Of a stretch of 64,000 nucleotides of DNA, positions 42,088-50,979 are shown piece after piece. How positions within the stretch are numbered: the stretch's first letter is position 1; the number at the start of each line of letters is the position of its first letter. The stretch is from Acidimicrobiales bacterium (GTDB lineage Bacteria > Actinomycetota > Acidimicrobiia > Acidimicrobiales > Aldehydirespiratoraceae). The position numbers were made by a program, and so were the translations under genes. The notes beneath the pieces are model-generated. The model ran no database searches and had not been told where the DNA came from. It saw only the letters and a program-made list of their open reading frames with translations. The stretch lies in NCBI GenBank assembly GCA_022425325.1, contig JAKMFW010000100.1, positions 1 to 64,000 on the forward strand, written 5' to 3'.

Positions 42088-43419
42088 TCAGCGCACGGCG
42101 CCGGTGATCAGCCACGCGTCGGTGCGATAGCGGGCGTACAGGGCCGCGCCTCGGACGGCCATCCAGGCGCCGAGTGCGCCCCACAACCAGCCGATGCCGA
42201 GATCGAGCTCCAGTACGGCGAATGAGCCGGTGATGAGCACGGCGGTGGCGGCGACCATGGAGATGGCGAGGAAGCGCAAATCTCCTGCGCCGATGAGGAT
42301 GCCGTCGAGGGCGAAGACGATGCCGGCGATCGGCTGCCACAGCGCCACATGGATGAACAAGAACGCAACGAGCGAGATCACGGCCGGATCATTCGAGAAG
42401 AGGTCGGGCAGCACCGGGGTCGAGGCGAGGATGAGCGCGAGGAAAACGAACCCACCGAACCAGCCCCACTGGATCATGCGGTCCCCGAGGCGTCGGGCTT
42501 CGGTCGCGTCGCCAGCACCGAGGGCGTGTCCGATCATCGCTTGCGCTGCGATCGCGACGGCATCGAGCGCAAAGGCGAGAGCCGACCAGATCTGGAACGC
42601 GATCTCATGAGCGGCCAGATCGGCATCACCGAGTCGGGCTGCGACAGCGACGGTGACGGTGAGACCGCCTCGCAGCGCGGCAGTGCGGACGAGGAGATCG
42701 GCGCCTGCGCCGGCGAGTCGTCCGATGATGCGCCAGTCAGGGCCGAGCCCCACGGCATGTTCGGCGATTGCCCGGGCGATCCACACGAGGTACGCCATTG
42801 CTCCGACCCACTGGGCGATGACGGTCGAGAGCGCCGACGCGCCGATCCCGAAGTCGAGACCGAAGATCAGCACGACCTCGACGACGAGGTTGAGCACGGC
42901 GGTTCCGATCGCAACATAGAGCGGCCGTTTGGTGTCCTGGAGGCCGCGGAGATAGCCGACCCCGGCGAGGGTCAACAGCATTGCCGGGAGGCCGAGGAGC
43001 GAGATCCGGAGATAGATCTCCGCATTGATGGCGGTTTCGCCCTGTCCGCCCATCAACTCGATCAATGGGTTCCGGCAGAGGTAGCTGATGCCGGCGATGA
43101 CAACACCGACAACGAAGGCAAGCCACAGGCTCTGCACCGCCTGGTGAGCGGCCTGCCGGTGCTCGCCGGCGCCCAGCAGACGGGCGACCGCCGAGGTGGT
43201 GCCGTAGGCGAGGAAGATGAAAACGGAGAAGGCGATCAACAGGAGCGACGACGCCAGCGCAAGTCCGGCGAGCTGCGGGGTGCCGAGGTTCCCGACCACG
43301 GCGGTGTCGGCGAGGATGTACAGCGGCTCGGCGACCAGCGCGCCGAGCGCGGGCAAGGCCAGGGCGAGGATCCGCCGATCGGTCTCACCCCACCCGATGC
43401 GCGCCGTCAACCACCCCAT
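42088..43419 (-). CDS. MATE-family efflux transporter
   Basis: It has 12 TM helices and a MATE N-terminus (ILALALPALGALVAEPLYILADTAVVG). Confidence 0.8.
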   Translation of the reverse strand: MGWLTARIGWGETDRRILALALPALGALVAEPLYILADTAVVGNLGTPQLAGLALASSLLLIAFSVFIFLAYGTTSAVARLLGAGEHRQAAHQAVQSLWLAFVVGVVIAGISYLCRNPLIELMGGQGETAINAEIYLRISLLGLPAMLLTLAGVGYLRGLQDTKRPLYVAIGTAVLNLVVEVVLIFGLDFGIGASALSTVIAQWVGAMAYLVWIARAIAEHAVGLGPDWRIIGRLAGAGADLLVRTAALRGGLTVTVAVAARLGDADLAAHEIAFQIWSALAFALDAVAIAAQAMIGHALGAGDATEARRLGDRMIQWGWFGGFVFLALILASTPVLPDLFSNDPAVISLVAFLFIHVALWQPIAGIVFALDGILIGAGDLRFLAISMVAATAVLITGSFAVLELDLGIGWLWGALGAWMAVRGAALYARYRTDAWLITGAVR

Positions 43420-43429
43420 CAGGGAGACG

Positions 43430-44002
43430 CTACGGTGCCCAGGCGCCGGTCGCTTCGTGGTGACGGCGGGCGGCGTCGGTCATCCACTCGGTGCGCCCTG
43501 CTCGAACCGCCGACGATGAGACGTCGAGGAGCGCGGCCCCGACCGGGAGCGCATGCTCGTCGGGTACGTCGAAGCCGGTTCGGGGCGCGAGCGCGAGGGC
43601 CGGCAGAGCTGCGAGCGCAGCGTCACGGGCAGCATGGTCGGGGTACCAGGCGACGTCATTGACCTGGGCCCATTTGTCGGCACCCATCACGACGACGTCG
43701 TACCCATCGGCGATGTCGGCGATGAGTTGGTGTTCAGTGACGATCAGGCCGAGCCCGTCGACCTCGGCGATCGACGCCTCGATGACCGCGAGGCGTTCCT
43801 CGAAGGGCGGCCGCATCACCGATTCTTTCCCGAGCGTGACCGTCGAGACGGCAAAGTCCACCCGGTGCAGACCGTGGTGCTCACGGGCGGTCAGGGCGAT
43901 CTCGAGGTGGGCGACCGTAGGTGGGTTGAACGAACCCGGGTACACGCCCAGGCGGGCGTCGAGGGGCAGGTGAGGGGCAGTCACGAGTCCGAACGTTGCC
44001 AT
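43430..44002 (-). CDS. Nucleotidyltransferase-fold protein (NadD/cytidylyltransferase-like)
   Basis: The motif GSFNPPTVAHL resembles the (H/T)xGH motif of the nucleotidylyltransferase superfamily. The assignment is tentative. Confidence 0.5.
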   Translation of the reverse strand: MATFGLVTAPHLPLDARLGVYPGSFNPPTVAHLEIALTAREHHGLHRVDFAVSTVTLGKESVMRPPFEERLAVIEASIAEVDGLGLIVTEHQLIADIADGYDVVVMGADKWAQVNDVAWYPDHAARDAALAALPALALAPRTGFDVPDEHALPVGAALLDVSSSAVRAGRTEWMTDAARRHHEATGAWAP

Positions 44003-44031
44003 GCCCGACGGCGCCCGTCATACTGGGCGCC

Positions 44032-44073
44032 GTGAACCACGCCGTCGGCCTCCTCGTAGTAGTAGCCCGCTAG
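44032..44073 (+). CDS. Putative ilvB leader peptide (13 codons, MNHAVGLLVVVAR)
   Basis: A GTG-initiated mini-ORF in the 216-bp ilvB leader region contains a Leu-Leu-Val-Val-Val run. The three Val are encoded by GTA, which is rare in this genome. A terminator hairpin follows. Confidence 0.45.
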   Translation: MNHAVGLLVVVAR

Positions 44074-44113
44074 CACACGTTCGCGCCCCTCCAACCGACC
44101 CGATCGTGTGCCT

Positions 44114-44148
44114 CGACCTCCCCACAACGGGAGGTCGTTGTCGTTTTC
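44114..44148 (+). terminator. Attenuator terminator hairpin in the ilvB leader
   Basis: A perfect 9-bp stem, CGACCTCCC (44114-44122) pairing with GGGAGGTCG (44129-44137), flanks a CACAAC loop and is followed by the T-rich tract TTGTCGTTTTC. An upstream alternative 7-bp stem pairs GCACACG with CGTGTGC. Confidence 0.5.
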
Positions 44149-44218
44149 GAACGATCCTGCGTTCTCGGCCGGTAGTTTTTGTCCGTCGCTCTGCGTCCAA
44201 CATCTGGAAACCCATCTC

Positions 44219-46003
44219 ATGACGAGCTCCAACCCCAACAACGGTGGCGAAGCACTGGTGAAAGCCCTCGAGTACGAGGGCGTCGACGTGATGTTCGGCC
44301 TGCCCGGCGGCGCGATCCTGCCGGTCTACGACCCGATCCTTGATTCGTCGATCCGCCACGTGCTCGTGCGTCACGAGCAGGGCGCCGGCCACATGGCCGA
44401 GGGGTACGCCCACGCCACCGGCAAACCCGGGGTGTGCATGGTCACCTCCGGCCCGGCCGCAACCAACGTCGTCACCCCCCTCGCCGATGCCATGCTCGAT
44501 TCGGTTCCGATGGTGTGCATCACCGGTCAGGTTCCGCTCGCCGCAATCGGCACCGACGCGTTCCAGGAGTGCGACACCACCGGCATCACGATGGCGGTGA
44601 CCAAGCACAACTTCCTGGTCACCGACGCCCAGGACATCCCGCGGATCATCCACGAGGCATTCCACATTGCGACCACGGGCCGCCCCGGCCCCGTGTTGGT
44701 CGATATTCCGAAAGACATCGTCGACCCGACCAATCCGAAGTCGGCGATGACCTGGTACGACCCCGATTCCGTCCCGATGGAGCTGCCCGGCTACCGGCCC
44801 GTCATGGAGGGCGACCCGGCCCTCATCGAAGAGGCTGCTGCCCTGATCGCCCAGGCCGAGCGGCCGGTGCTCTATGTCGGCGGTGGTGTGCTCAAGGCCC
44901 GGGCCGCCGAACCGCTGCTCAAACTCGCCGAACTGCTGCAGATCCCGGTCGTCACCACCCTGATGGCCCGGGGCGCGTTCCCTGATCGCCACGAGCTCTG
45001 CCTCGGCATGCCCGGCATGCACGGCAACTACACCGCCGTCACCGCCATGCAAGAGAGCGACCTGCTCATCTCGCTCGGCGCCCGCTTCGACGATCGCATC
45101 ACCGGCAAGCTCGACGGCTTCGCCCCCACGGCGAAGATCATCCATGTCGACATCGACCCGGCGGAGCTCGGCAAGGTTCGGCAGTACAACGTCGGCATCC
45201 AGGGCGACTGCAAGCTCGTCATCGAGGGGCTCATCGAGGCCACGGAGAAACTCGGTACCTCGGCCCAGGCCGACCGCTCCGACTGGCGCTCCACCGTCTC
45301 CGGTTGGCAGGAGAAGTTCCCGCTCGTCTACGAGGATTCGCTGCCGGGCGACAAGCTCAAGCCGCAGTTCGTGATGGAACAACTGCGCGACGGTAACCCG
45401 CACGACACGATCCTGTGCTCGGGCGTCGGCCAGCACCAGATGCACGCCAGCCAGTTCTGGAAGTTCGACCACCCTTACACCTGGATCAACTCCGGAGGTC
45501 TGGGCACGATGGGCTTCTCGATTCCGGCGGCGATCGGCGCCAAGGCCGGGATGCCCGACCGGCGGGTGTGGGCGGTCGATGGCGATGGCAACTTCCAGAT
45601 GACGGCCCAGGAGTTGGTCACGGCCACCGTCGAGGACATCCCGATCAAGGTCGCCCTCTTCAACAACAGCTATCTCGGCATGGTCCGCCAGTGGCAGGAA
45701 ATGTTCTACGACGAGCGTTTCTCCGAGGTGCACCTCAGCGACAACGTCCCGGACTATGTGAAGTGGGCCGAGGCGATGGGTGCCGTCGGCATCCGTGTCG
45801 AGTCGCCGGAGGAGGTCGCCCCGGCGATCGCCAAGGCCAACGAGATCGACGACCGCTCGGTCGTCGTCGAATTCGTCACCGACGCCCGGGAGAACGTGTT
45901 CCCGATGGTCCCGGCCGGCAAGACCAACTCCGAACTGGTCGTCGACCCGAGCCAGCAGCACCTGATCGACGGTGACACCTCCGGGAAGGGAGCCGCGTCA
46001 TGA
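44219..46003 (+). CDS. ilvB: Acetolactate synthase large subunit
   Basis: It has the TPP-enzyme layout and the FAD/TPP motifs (GLGTMGFSIPAAIGAK...DGDGNFQM). I placed the start at MTSSNPNNGGEALVKALE. Confidence 0.9.
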   Translation: MTSSNPNNGGEALVKALEYEGVDVMFGLPGGAILPVYDPILDSSIRHVLVRHEQGAGHMAEGYAHATGKPGVCMVTSGPAATNVVTPLADAMLDSVPMVCITGQVPLAAIGTDAFQECDTTGITMAVTKHNFLVTDAQDIPRIIHEAFHIATTGRPGPVLVDIPKDIVDPTNPKSAMTWYDPDSVPMELPGYRPVMEGDPALIEEAAALIAQAERPVLYVGGGVLKARAAEPLLKLAELLQIPVVTTLMARGAFPDRHELCLGMPGMHGNYTAVTAMQESDLLISLGARFDDRITGKLDGFAPTAKIIHVDIDPAELGKVRQYNVGIQGDCKLVIEGLIEATEKLGTSAQADRSDWRSTVSGWQEKFPLVYEDSLPGDKLKPQFVMEQLRDGNPHDTILCSGVGQHQMHASQFWKFDHPYTWINSGGLGTMGFSIPAAIGAKAGMPDRRVWAVDGDGNFQMTAQELVTATVEDIPIKVALFNNSYLGMVRQWQEMFYDERFSEVHLSDNVPDYVKWAEAMGAVGIRVESPEEVAPAIAKANEIDDRSVVVEFVTDARENVFPMVPAGKTNSELVVDPSQQHLIDGDTSGKGAAS

Positions 46004-46500
46004 ACGTCTCGCCCACCAGCCCGCGCTGGCACACGATCGCCGCCACCGTCGAGAACAAGCCGGGTGTGCTCGCACGCGTTGCCGGGCTGTTTTCCCGTCG
46101 TGGCTTCAACATCCACTCGTTGGCCGTTGCGCCCACCGAGGACGAGAAGTTCAGTCGCATCACCTTCACCGTCGACATCGAGGGCACGCCGCTCGATCAG
46201 GTGGTGAAGCAACTCGACAAGCTGATCAATGTCGTCGACATCTCCCAGCTCGATCCTGATGCATCGGTCGAGCGTGAACTCATGCTTGTCATCGTCGAGG
46301 TGGGGGAGCAGCGCAAGGAGCTGATGGAGATCGTCGACGACTACCGCGCCTATGTGCTCAACGAGGGCGACGGCAAGGTCCTGATGTCGTGGTCGGCTCG
46401 CCCGAGCCGACTCGACGAGCTGGAAGCGCGTCTGCGCCCCTTCGGGATCGTCGACATGCAGCGCACCGGTCGCGTGACCCTCCCGTCACTCGGTACCTGA
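46000..46500 (+). CDS. ilvN: Acetolactate synthase small (regulatory) subunit
   Basis: It has an ACT domain N-terminus (HTIAATVENKPGVLARVAGLFSRRGFNIHSLAV). Its ATG overlaps the ilvB stop. Confidence 0.9.
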   Translation: MNVSPTSPRWHTIAATVENKPGVLARVAGLFSRRGFNIHSLAVAPTEDEKFSRITFTVDIEGTPLDQVVKQLDKLINVVDISQLDPDASVERELMLVIVEVGEQRKELMEIVDDYRAYVLNEGDGKVLMSWSARPSRLDELEARLRPFGIVDMQRTGRVTLPSLGT

Positions 46501-46511
46501 CGTTCCGAGGC

Positions 46512-46835
46512 TCAGTAGACGATGTCCAGTGCGTAGCGCAGCGCTTGGTCGAGCCGCGCCCGTGCGAGCTCATCGAGATGGCCGATGGCCTCGTCGTCGA
46601 GTGCGTCGACCGGCACGGTGATGACGTTGTCGCAGCTGACGACACACGCCTCGGGAAGCCCATGCTCGGGGCCCAGTTCGACCTCTGACCGGATCCCTCG
46701 GGCCGTGCGTGTGATCGGTGCACAGGTGACGGCGGCGAGCACTTCGATGGCTGCGTTGCGGGTGAGCACGCACACGGGACGGCGACCCGAGGGTGGGCCG
46801 AGATCTGCCCAATAGATCTCGTTTCGGGCTACCAC
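46512..46835 (-). CDS. mazF: MazF/PemK-family endoribonuclease toxin
   Basis: The N-terminus EIYWADLGPPSGRRPVCVL resembles mycobacterial MazF toxins. It has a GTG start at 46835. Confidence 0.8.
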   Translation of the reverse strand: MVARNEIYWADLGPPSGRRPVCVLTRNAAIEVLAAVTCAPITRTARGIRSEVELGPEHGLPEACVVSCDNVITVPVDALDDEAIGHLDELARARLDQALRYALDIVY

Positions 46836-47071
46836 GCGGGGCTGGTCTCAGCAGCAAGTCTCCTGGCCGATCGGACCAGTGCAGGGTCGGCTGGAGTCCG
46901 GCGGTATGCGGCTTGCAGTTCTCGGTCGGCCTCGGCGAACTGTTCAGCATCGAGCACGGCTTGGGCGCCTCGCCGGATCAGCTCGGAGCGGTTTGTGCCG
47001 AGATCGGCTGCGAGTTCATCGAGTTGCTCAACTGAGTGCGTGATCGCCCCCCAGGCTGCGCCCCGGGTCAG
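46829..47071 (-). CDS. Ribbon-helix-helix (MazE/CopG-like) antitoxin; start codon uncertain, with CTG the only candidate
   Basis: It is not in the ORF track. Hand translation gives ...GAAWGAITHSVEQLDELAADLGTNRSELIRRGAQAVLDAEQFAEADRELQAAYRR...AW*, an RHH-like sequence. Its TAG stop (46831-46829) overlaps the mazF GTG (the sequence is GTGGTAG). There is no in-frame ATG, GTG or TTG. A CTG at 47071-47069 overlaps the modF TGA (CTGA). Confidence 0.5.
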   Translation of the reverse strand: MTRGAAWGAITHSVEQLDELAADLGTNRSELIRRGAQAVLDAEQFAEADRELQAAYRRTPADPALVRSARRLAAETSPAW

Positions 47072-48492
47072 GCAGGTGTGTTTCCGGTCAGCGTCAGGTG
47101 GTTGTCGATCCCGGCGACGCGATCCTGCTCGCGATGGTTGACATAGAGCACGCTCGTCTCGCTGCCGAGACAGATCCGCTCGACGAGGGCGAGCACGAGC
47201 TGCCGGTTCATGTCATCGAGGCCGAGGCACGGTTCGTCGAGGATCAGCAGTGGTGGGTGCTTCACCATGGCGCGTGCGATCAACACGAGGCGTTGGTCGC
47301 CGAACGAGAGCCGGTTGAACGGCTCGTCGGCTCGGTCAGACATGCCGAGCAGGGCGAGCCATTCGTTGGCGATGGCCTTCTCGGTGTCGGTGCTCTTCGT
47401 GTAGAGCCCGATGCTGTCGTGGAAGCCGGAGATGATGACGTTCCGGAGGCTGGTGCTCACCGTGTACTCCCACTGGAGGGCGGTCGAGACGTACCCGATG
47501 AACTGCTTGATCTCCCAGATGCTCTCGCCGGTGCCGCGCTGGTAGCCGAAGACATTGATGTCGTTGACATAGCACTGCGGATGATCGCCGGTGATCAACT
47601 GCAGCAGGCAGGTCTTGCCGCTGCCGTTGGGGCCGCTCAGCTGCCAGCTCTGGTTCGGTTCGATCGTCCAGTCGAGGCCATCGAACACGGTGTTGTCGGT
47701 GTAGCGGACGGTGGCGCCGGTGAGTTGCACGAGCGGCGTGGCGGGGTCGAGCGCCGGCAGCTTCGCCGCTGGGTCGGCCGCAGGGATCTCGAGATCGCTC
47801 GTCTTGAGATGAAGGAGCTGGTAGAGCTCGGCGTAGGCCTGCTCGTCGGCTCGCTCGACGCAGAGCGGAAGTCGGCCGTCGTCGACGTAGGCGACGTGGG
47901 TGACGAAGTCGGGGCACTCGTCGAAGCGGTTGAGCACGATCACCATGGGGGTCGTCTCGGCCAACGTGCGTAGATGGCCCTGCAGCCAGACGAGCGAGTC
48001 GTGGTCGAGGCCGTCGAACGGCTCATCGAGGACGAGCAGATCCGGCCGACTCGTGAGCGCCCGGATCAACATGACCTTGCGGGTCTCGCCGGTCGAGAGT
48101 TTGCGGAACGCCCGGCTCATCAGGGGCCGGAGACCCAGCGTGTCGACCAGGCTCCGAGCCAGATTGAGGTCCTGGCAGCCGTCCTCGATGATCTCGGCAA
48201 CCGGTGTGCCTTCGGAGATCACGTCGAGGATGTCGGCGTCGTCTTTTCGGCGTTCGGCGGCGATCAGCTCGGCCTGCCGCTCATAGGACACGAGCGCGAT
48301 CCGCTTGGGGACTCCCTCGATGCTCCCCGACAGGATGTCTCCGTCGCCGGCCAGCACCGCGGCGAGCGCCGACTTGCCGGAGCCGTTGGCGCCGGCGATC
48401 AGCCAGTGCTCGCCCGGACGGAGTGTCCAGTCGATGTCGAGGAGCTGAAAGCGCTCGTCGAAGTCGACCGACAGCGCGTCCAGATGGATCAT
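47068..48492 (-). CDS. modF: ModF-like soluble ABC ATPase with two tandem ATP-binding cassettes and no TM domain
   Basis: It has two Walker A sites (GANGSGKSAL and GPNGSGKTCL), signatures LSTGETRK and LSFGDQR, and Walker B sites LLVLDEPFDGLD and LLILDEPCLGLD. It closely resembles E. coli ModF, recalled from memory. Confidence 0.8.
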   Translation of the reverse strand: MIHLDALSVDFDERFQLLDIDWTLRPGEHWLIAGANGSGKSALAAVLAGDGDILSGSIEGVPKRIALVSYERQAELIAAERRKDDADILDVISEGTPVAEIIEDGCQDLNLARSLVDTLGLRPLMSRAFRKLSTGETRKVMLIRALTSRPDLLVLDEPFDGLDHDSLVWLQGHLRTLAETTPMVIVLNRFDECPDFVTHVAYVDDGRLPLCVERADEQAYAELYQLLHLKTSDLEIPAADPAAKLPALDPATPLVQLTGATVRYTDNTVFDGLDWTIEPNQSWQLSGPNGSGKTCLLQLITGDHPQCYVNDINVFGYQRGTGESIWEIKQFIGYVSTALQWEYTVSTSLRNVIISGFHDSIGLYTKSTDTEKAIANEWLALLGMSDRADEPFNRLSFGDQRLVLIARAMVKHPPLLILDEPCLGLDDMNRQLVLALVERICLGSETSVLYVNHREQDRVAGIDNHLTLTGNTPA

Positions 48493-48502
48493 GCGAGAAC
48501 GA

Positions 48503-49975
48503 TCAGACGATGCGCTTCATGTCGGCCATGTGGCCCCGGAGCACCGAGCCGATCGCCTCGACCGGGTGGCTCCGGATGGCTTCGTTGACCTCGATCAGGC
48601 GGGCGTTGTCGACGCCGTTGTCGGCCGCGTCGAGACCCTTGCCGATCACGTCGCTCGTGATGCCGGTCATGAAGTCGGCGAGCAGTGGAACGCACGCGTG
48701 GTTGTACAGGTAGCACCCGTACTCGGCCGTGTCGGAGATCGTGGCGTTCATCTCGTAGAGCTTCTTGCGAGCGATCGTGTTGGCGATCAGTGGGGTCTCG
48801 TGCAGCGACTCGTAGTAGGCCGACTCGGCGATGATGCCGGCGGCGGTCATCGTCTCGAAGGCGAGTTCGACGCCGGCCTTCACCATGGCGACCATGAGGA
48901 TGCCGTTGTCGAAGTATTCCTGTTCGGCGATCTCCATGTCGCCAGCCGGCGTCTTCTCGAACGCGGTCTCGGCGGTATCGGCGCGCCAGCCGAGCAGCTT
49001 GGCGTCGTCGTCGGCCCAGTCGGCCATCATGCCGGACGAGAAGGCGCCGGTCATGATGTCGTCCTGGTGCTTGTTGTAGAGGTCGCGCATGATGTCCTTG
49101 AGCTCCTCGGAGAGCTCGAAGGCCCGGATCTTCGCCGGGTTCGACAGGCGGTCCATCATGTTGGTGACCCCGCCGTACTTGAGCGCCTCGGTGATGGTCT
49201 CCCAGCCGTACTGGATGAGCTTCGAGGCGTAGCTCGGATCGGTGCCCTCGTCGACCATCTTGTCGAAGCACAGCAACGAGCCGGTCTGCAGCATCCCGCA
49301 GAGGATGGTCTGCTCGCCCATGAGGTCGGACTTGACCTCGGCGATGAACGACGACATCAACACGCCGGCCTTGTGGCCGCCGGTGCCGACGGCGTAGGCC
49401 TTGGCGAGCGCAAGGCCTTCTCCGTTGGGGTCGTTGTCCTCGTGAACGGCGATCAGGGTCGGTACGCCGAAGCCACGGACGTATTCGGCCCGGACCTCGG
49501 AGCCGGGGCACTTGGGCGCAACCATGATGACGGTGATGTCGTCACGGATCTGCATGCCCTCCTCGACGATGTTGAAGCCGTGCGAGTACGAGAGGCAGGC
49601 ACCGTGCTTCATCATCGGCATGATCGTCTCGACGACATTGGTGTGCTGCTTGTCGGGGGTGAGGTTGAGCACCACGTCGGCGGTGGGCAGTAGTTCTTCG
49701 TAGGTGCCGACGGTGAAGCCGTTCTCGGTGGCGTTCTTCCACGACTGGCGTTGTTGGGCGATGGCCTCGTCGCGAAGGGCGTAGGACACGTCGAGGCCGC
49801 TGTCGCGGAGGTTGAGACCCTGGTTGAGGCCCTGGGCGCCACAACCGATCACGACCATCTTCTTGCCGCGGAGCGCCTCGACGCCGTCGGAGAACTCGTC
49901 GAGGTGCATGAAGCGGCACTTGCCGAGTTCGGCGAGCTGTGCTCGAAGCGGAAGGGTGTTGAAGTAGTTGGCCAT
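48503..49975 (-). CDS. ilvC: Ketol-acid reductoisomerase, class II (long-form, enterobacterial type)
   Basis: Its 490 aa start [23 protein letters not shown] and include ...[27 protein letters not shown]..., which is near-collinear with E. coli IlvC. The start was moved to the internal Met (cat at 49973-49975), which has a GGAGA ribosome-binding site. Confidence 0.9.
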   Translation of the reverse strand: MANYFNTLPLRAQLAELGKCRFMHLDEFSDGVEALRGKKMVVIGCGAQGLNQGLNLRDSGLDVSYALRDEAIAQQRQSWKNATENGFTVGTYEELLPTADVVLNLTPDKQHTNVVETIMPMMKHGACLSYSHGFNIVEEGMQIRDDITVIMVAPKCPGSEVRAEYVRGFGVPTLIAVHEDNDPNGEGLALAKAYAVGTGGHKAGVLMSSFIAEVKSDLMGEQTILCGMLQTGSLLCFDKMVDEGTDPSYASKLIQYGWETITEALKYGGVTNMMDRLSNPAKIRAFELSEELKDIMRDLYNKHQDDIMTGAFSSGMMADWADDDAKLLGWRADTAETAFEKTPAGDMEIAEQEYFDNGILMVAMVKAGVELAFETMTAAGIIAESAYYESLHETPLIANTIARKKLYEMNATISDTAEYGCYLYNHACVPLLADFMTGITSDVIGKGLDAADNGVDNARLIEVNEAIRSHPVEAIGSVLRGHMADMKRIV

Positions 49976-50046
49976 GACAGGTCTCCACGTGAGATCGAAC
50001 GCACGAATGCTACCGATCGACATGTGTTTCGTAAATGGACATATGT

Positions 50047-50073
50047 GCAACGTTGCGTCCCGATATCTGCAAC
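50047..50073. promoter_or_regulatory. Candidate IlvY operator (LTTR box) in the ilvY-ilvC divergent promoter region
   Basis: There is a perfect palindrome GCAACGTTGC at 50047-50056 and a further TGCAAC half-site at 50068-50073. Confidence 0.4.
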
Positions 50074-50082
50074 GATGGACGA

Positions 50083-50979
50083 GTGAACATCACGGTGTTG
50101 CGCCACTTCGTCGAGCTGAGCGAGACACTGCACTTCGGGCGAGCCAGCGCCCGGGCGAACATCAGCACATCGGCGTTGTCACGCCACATCCGACAGCTCG
50201 AAGCCGAGCTCAATGTGGCGTTGTTCGATCGTGACAACCGAACCGTCGAGCTGACGCCGGCGGGTATCCGATTTCAGCGTTACGCCCGTGACGCCGTGCA
50301 GCAATGGGACCAGATCCGCTTCGAGCTCACCGACCCTGCTGACCACCTGCGGGGCGAGATCAGCCTCTACTGCTCGGTCACAGCCAGCCACAGCATCTTG
50401 TTCGACCTGCTGAACCGCTTCCGTCCCGCCCATCCGGGCGTCGAGATCCGGCTCCAGACCGGGGACCCCGAATATGCGATCGCGCGAGTGCAGGCGTTGG
50501 AGGAGGATCTCGCGATCGCCGCCCGCCCCGCCAACCTGCCCGCCGGTGTGCGGTTCAAGCCGATCCGGGTCTCACCGCTCGTCTTCATCGAGTCGGTCGA
50601 GACCGTCGACCCGATGCCGTCGAGCCTGCCGCCGGATGCACGCGAGGCCTGGGCGGAGGTCCCGATGATTCTCGCCGCCGGCGGCATCGCCCGTCGCCGG
50701 GTCGATGCCTGGTTTCGCCGGCTCGACGTCACGCCGAAGATCTACGCCCAGGTTGCCGGTAACGAGGCGATCGTCAGCATGGTCAGTCTCGGGCTAGGCC
50801 TCGGTGTGGTGCCGAAGATCGTGCTTGACAACAGCCCTCATGCCGAACGTGTCCGCGTGCTCGAGGTCGACCCGGTGCTGGAACCCTACGAACTCGGGTT
50901 GTTCACCCTGAAGCGTCACCTGCACAACCCGCTCGTGGATGCGTTCTGGTCGTTGCTTCCCGACGAGGTCGATCAGTAA
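50083..50979 (+). CDS. ilvY: LysR-type transcriptional regulator, IlvY-like
   Basis: It lies divergent from ilvC. It has an N-terminal HTH ([35 protein letters not shown]) and an LTTR effector domain collinear with E. coli IlvY. A GTG at 50083 was chosen by homology, and an ATG at 50035 is also possible. Confidence 0.8.
   Translation: MNITVLRHFVELSETLHFGRASARANISTSALSRHIRQLEAELNVALFDRDNRTVELTPAGIRFQRYARDAVQQWDQIRFELTDPADHLRGEISLYCSVTASHSILFDLLNRFRPAHPGVEIRLQTGDPEYAIARVQALEEDLAIAARPANLPAGVRFKPIRVSPLVFIESVETVDPMPSSLPPDAREAWAEVPMILAAGGIARRRVDAWFRRLDVTPKIYAQVAGNEAIVSMVSLGLGLGVVPKIVLDNSPHAERVRVLEVDPVLEPYELGLFTLKRHLHNPLVDAFWSLLPDEVDQ

Noticed and set aside
44001-44222. 73-aa plus-strand ORF spanning the ilvB leader region
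   Set aside because: The protein is Arg/Pro-rich (MPDGARHTGRREPRRRPPRSSSP...) and overlaps the attenuator hairpins. The short branched-chain leader peptide in another frame explains the region better.
44018-45961. 647-aa minus-strand ORF antisense to ilvB
   Set aside because: ilvB on the plus strand has clear TPP-enzyme motifs. The antisense frame is an artefact of high GC.
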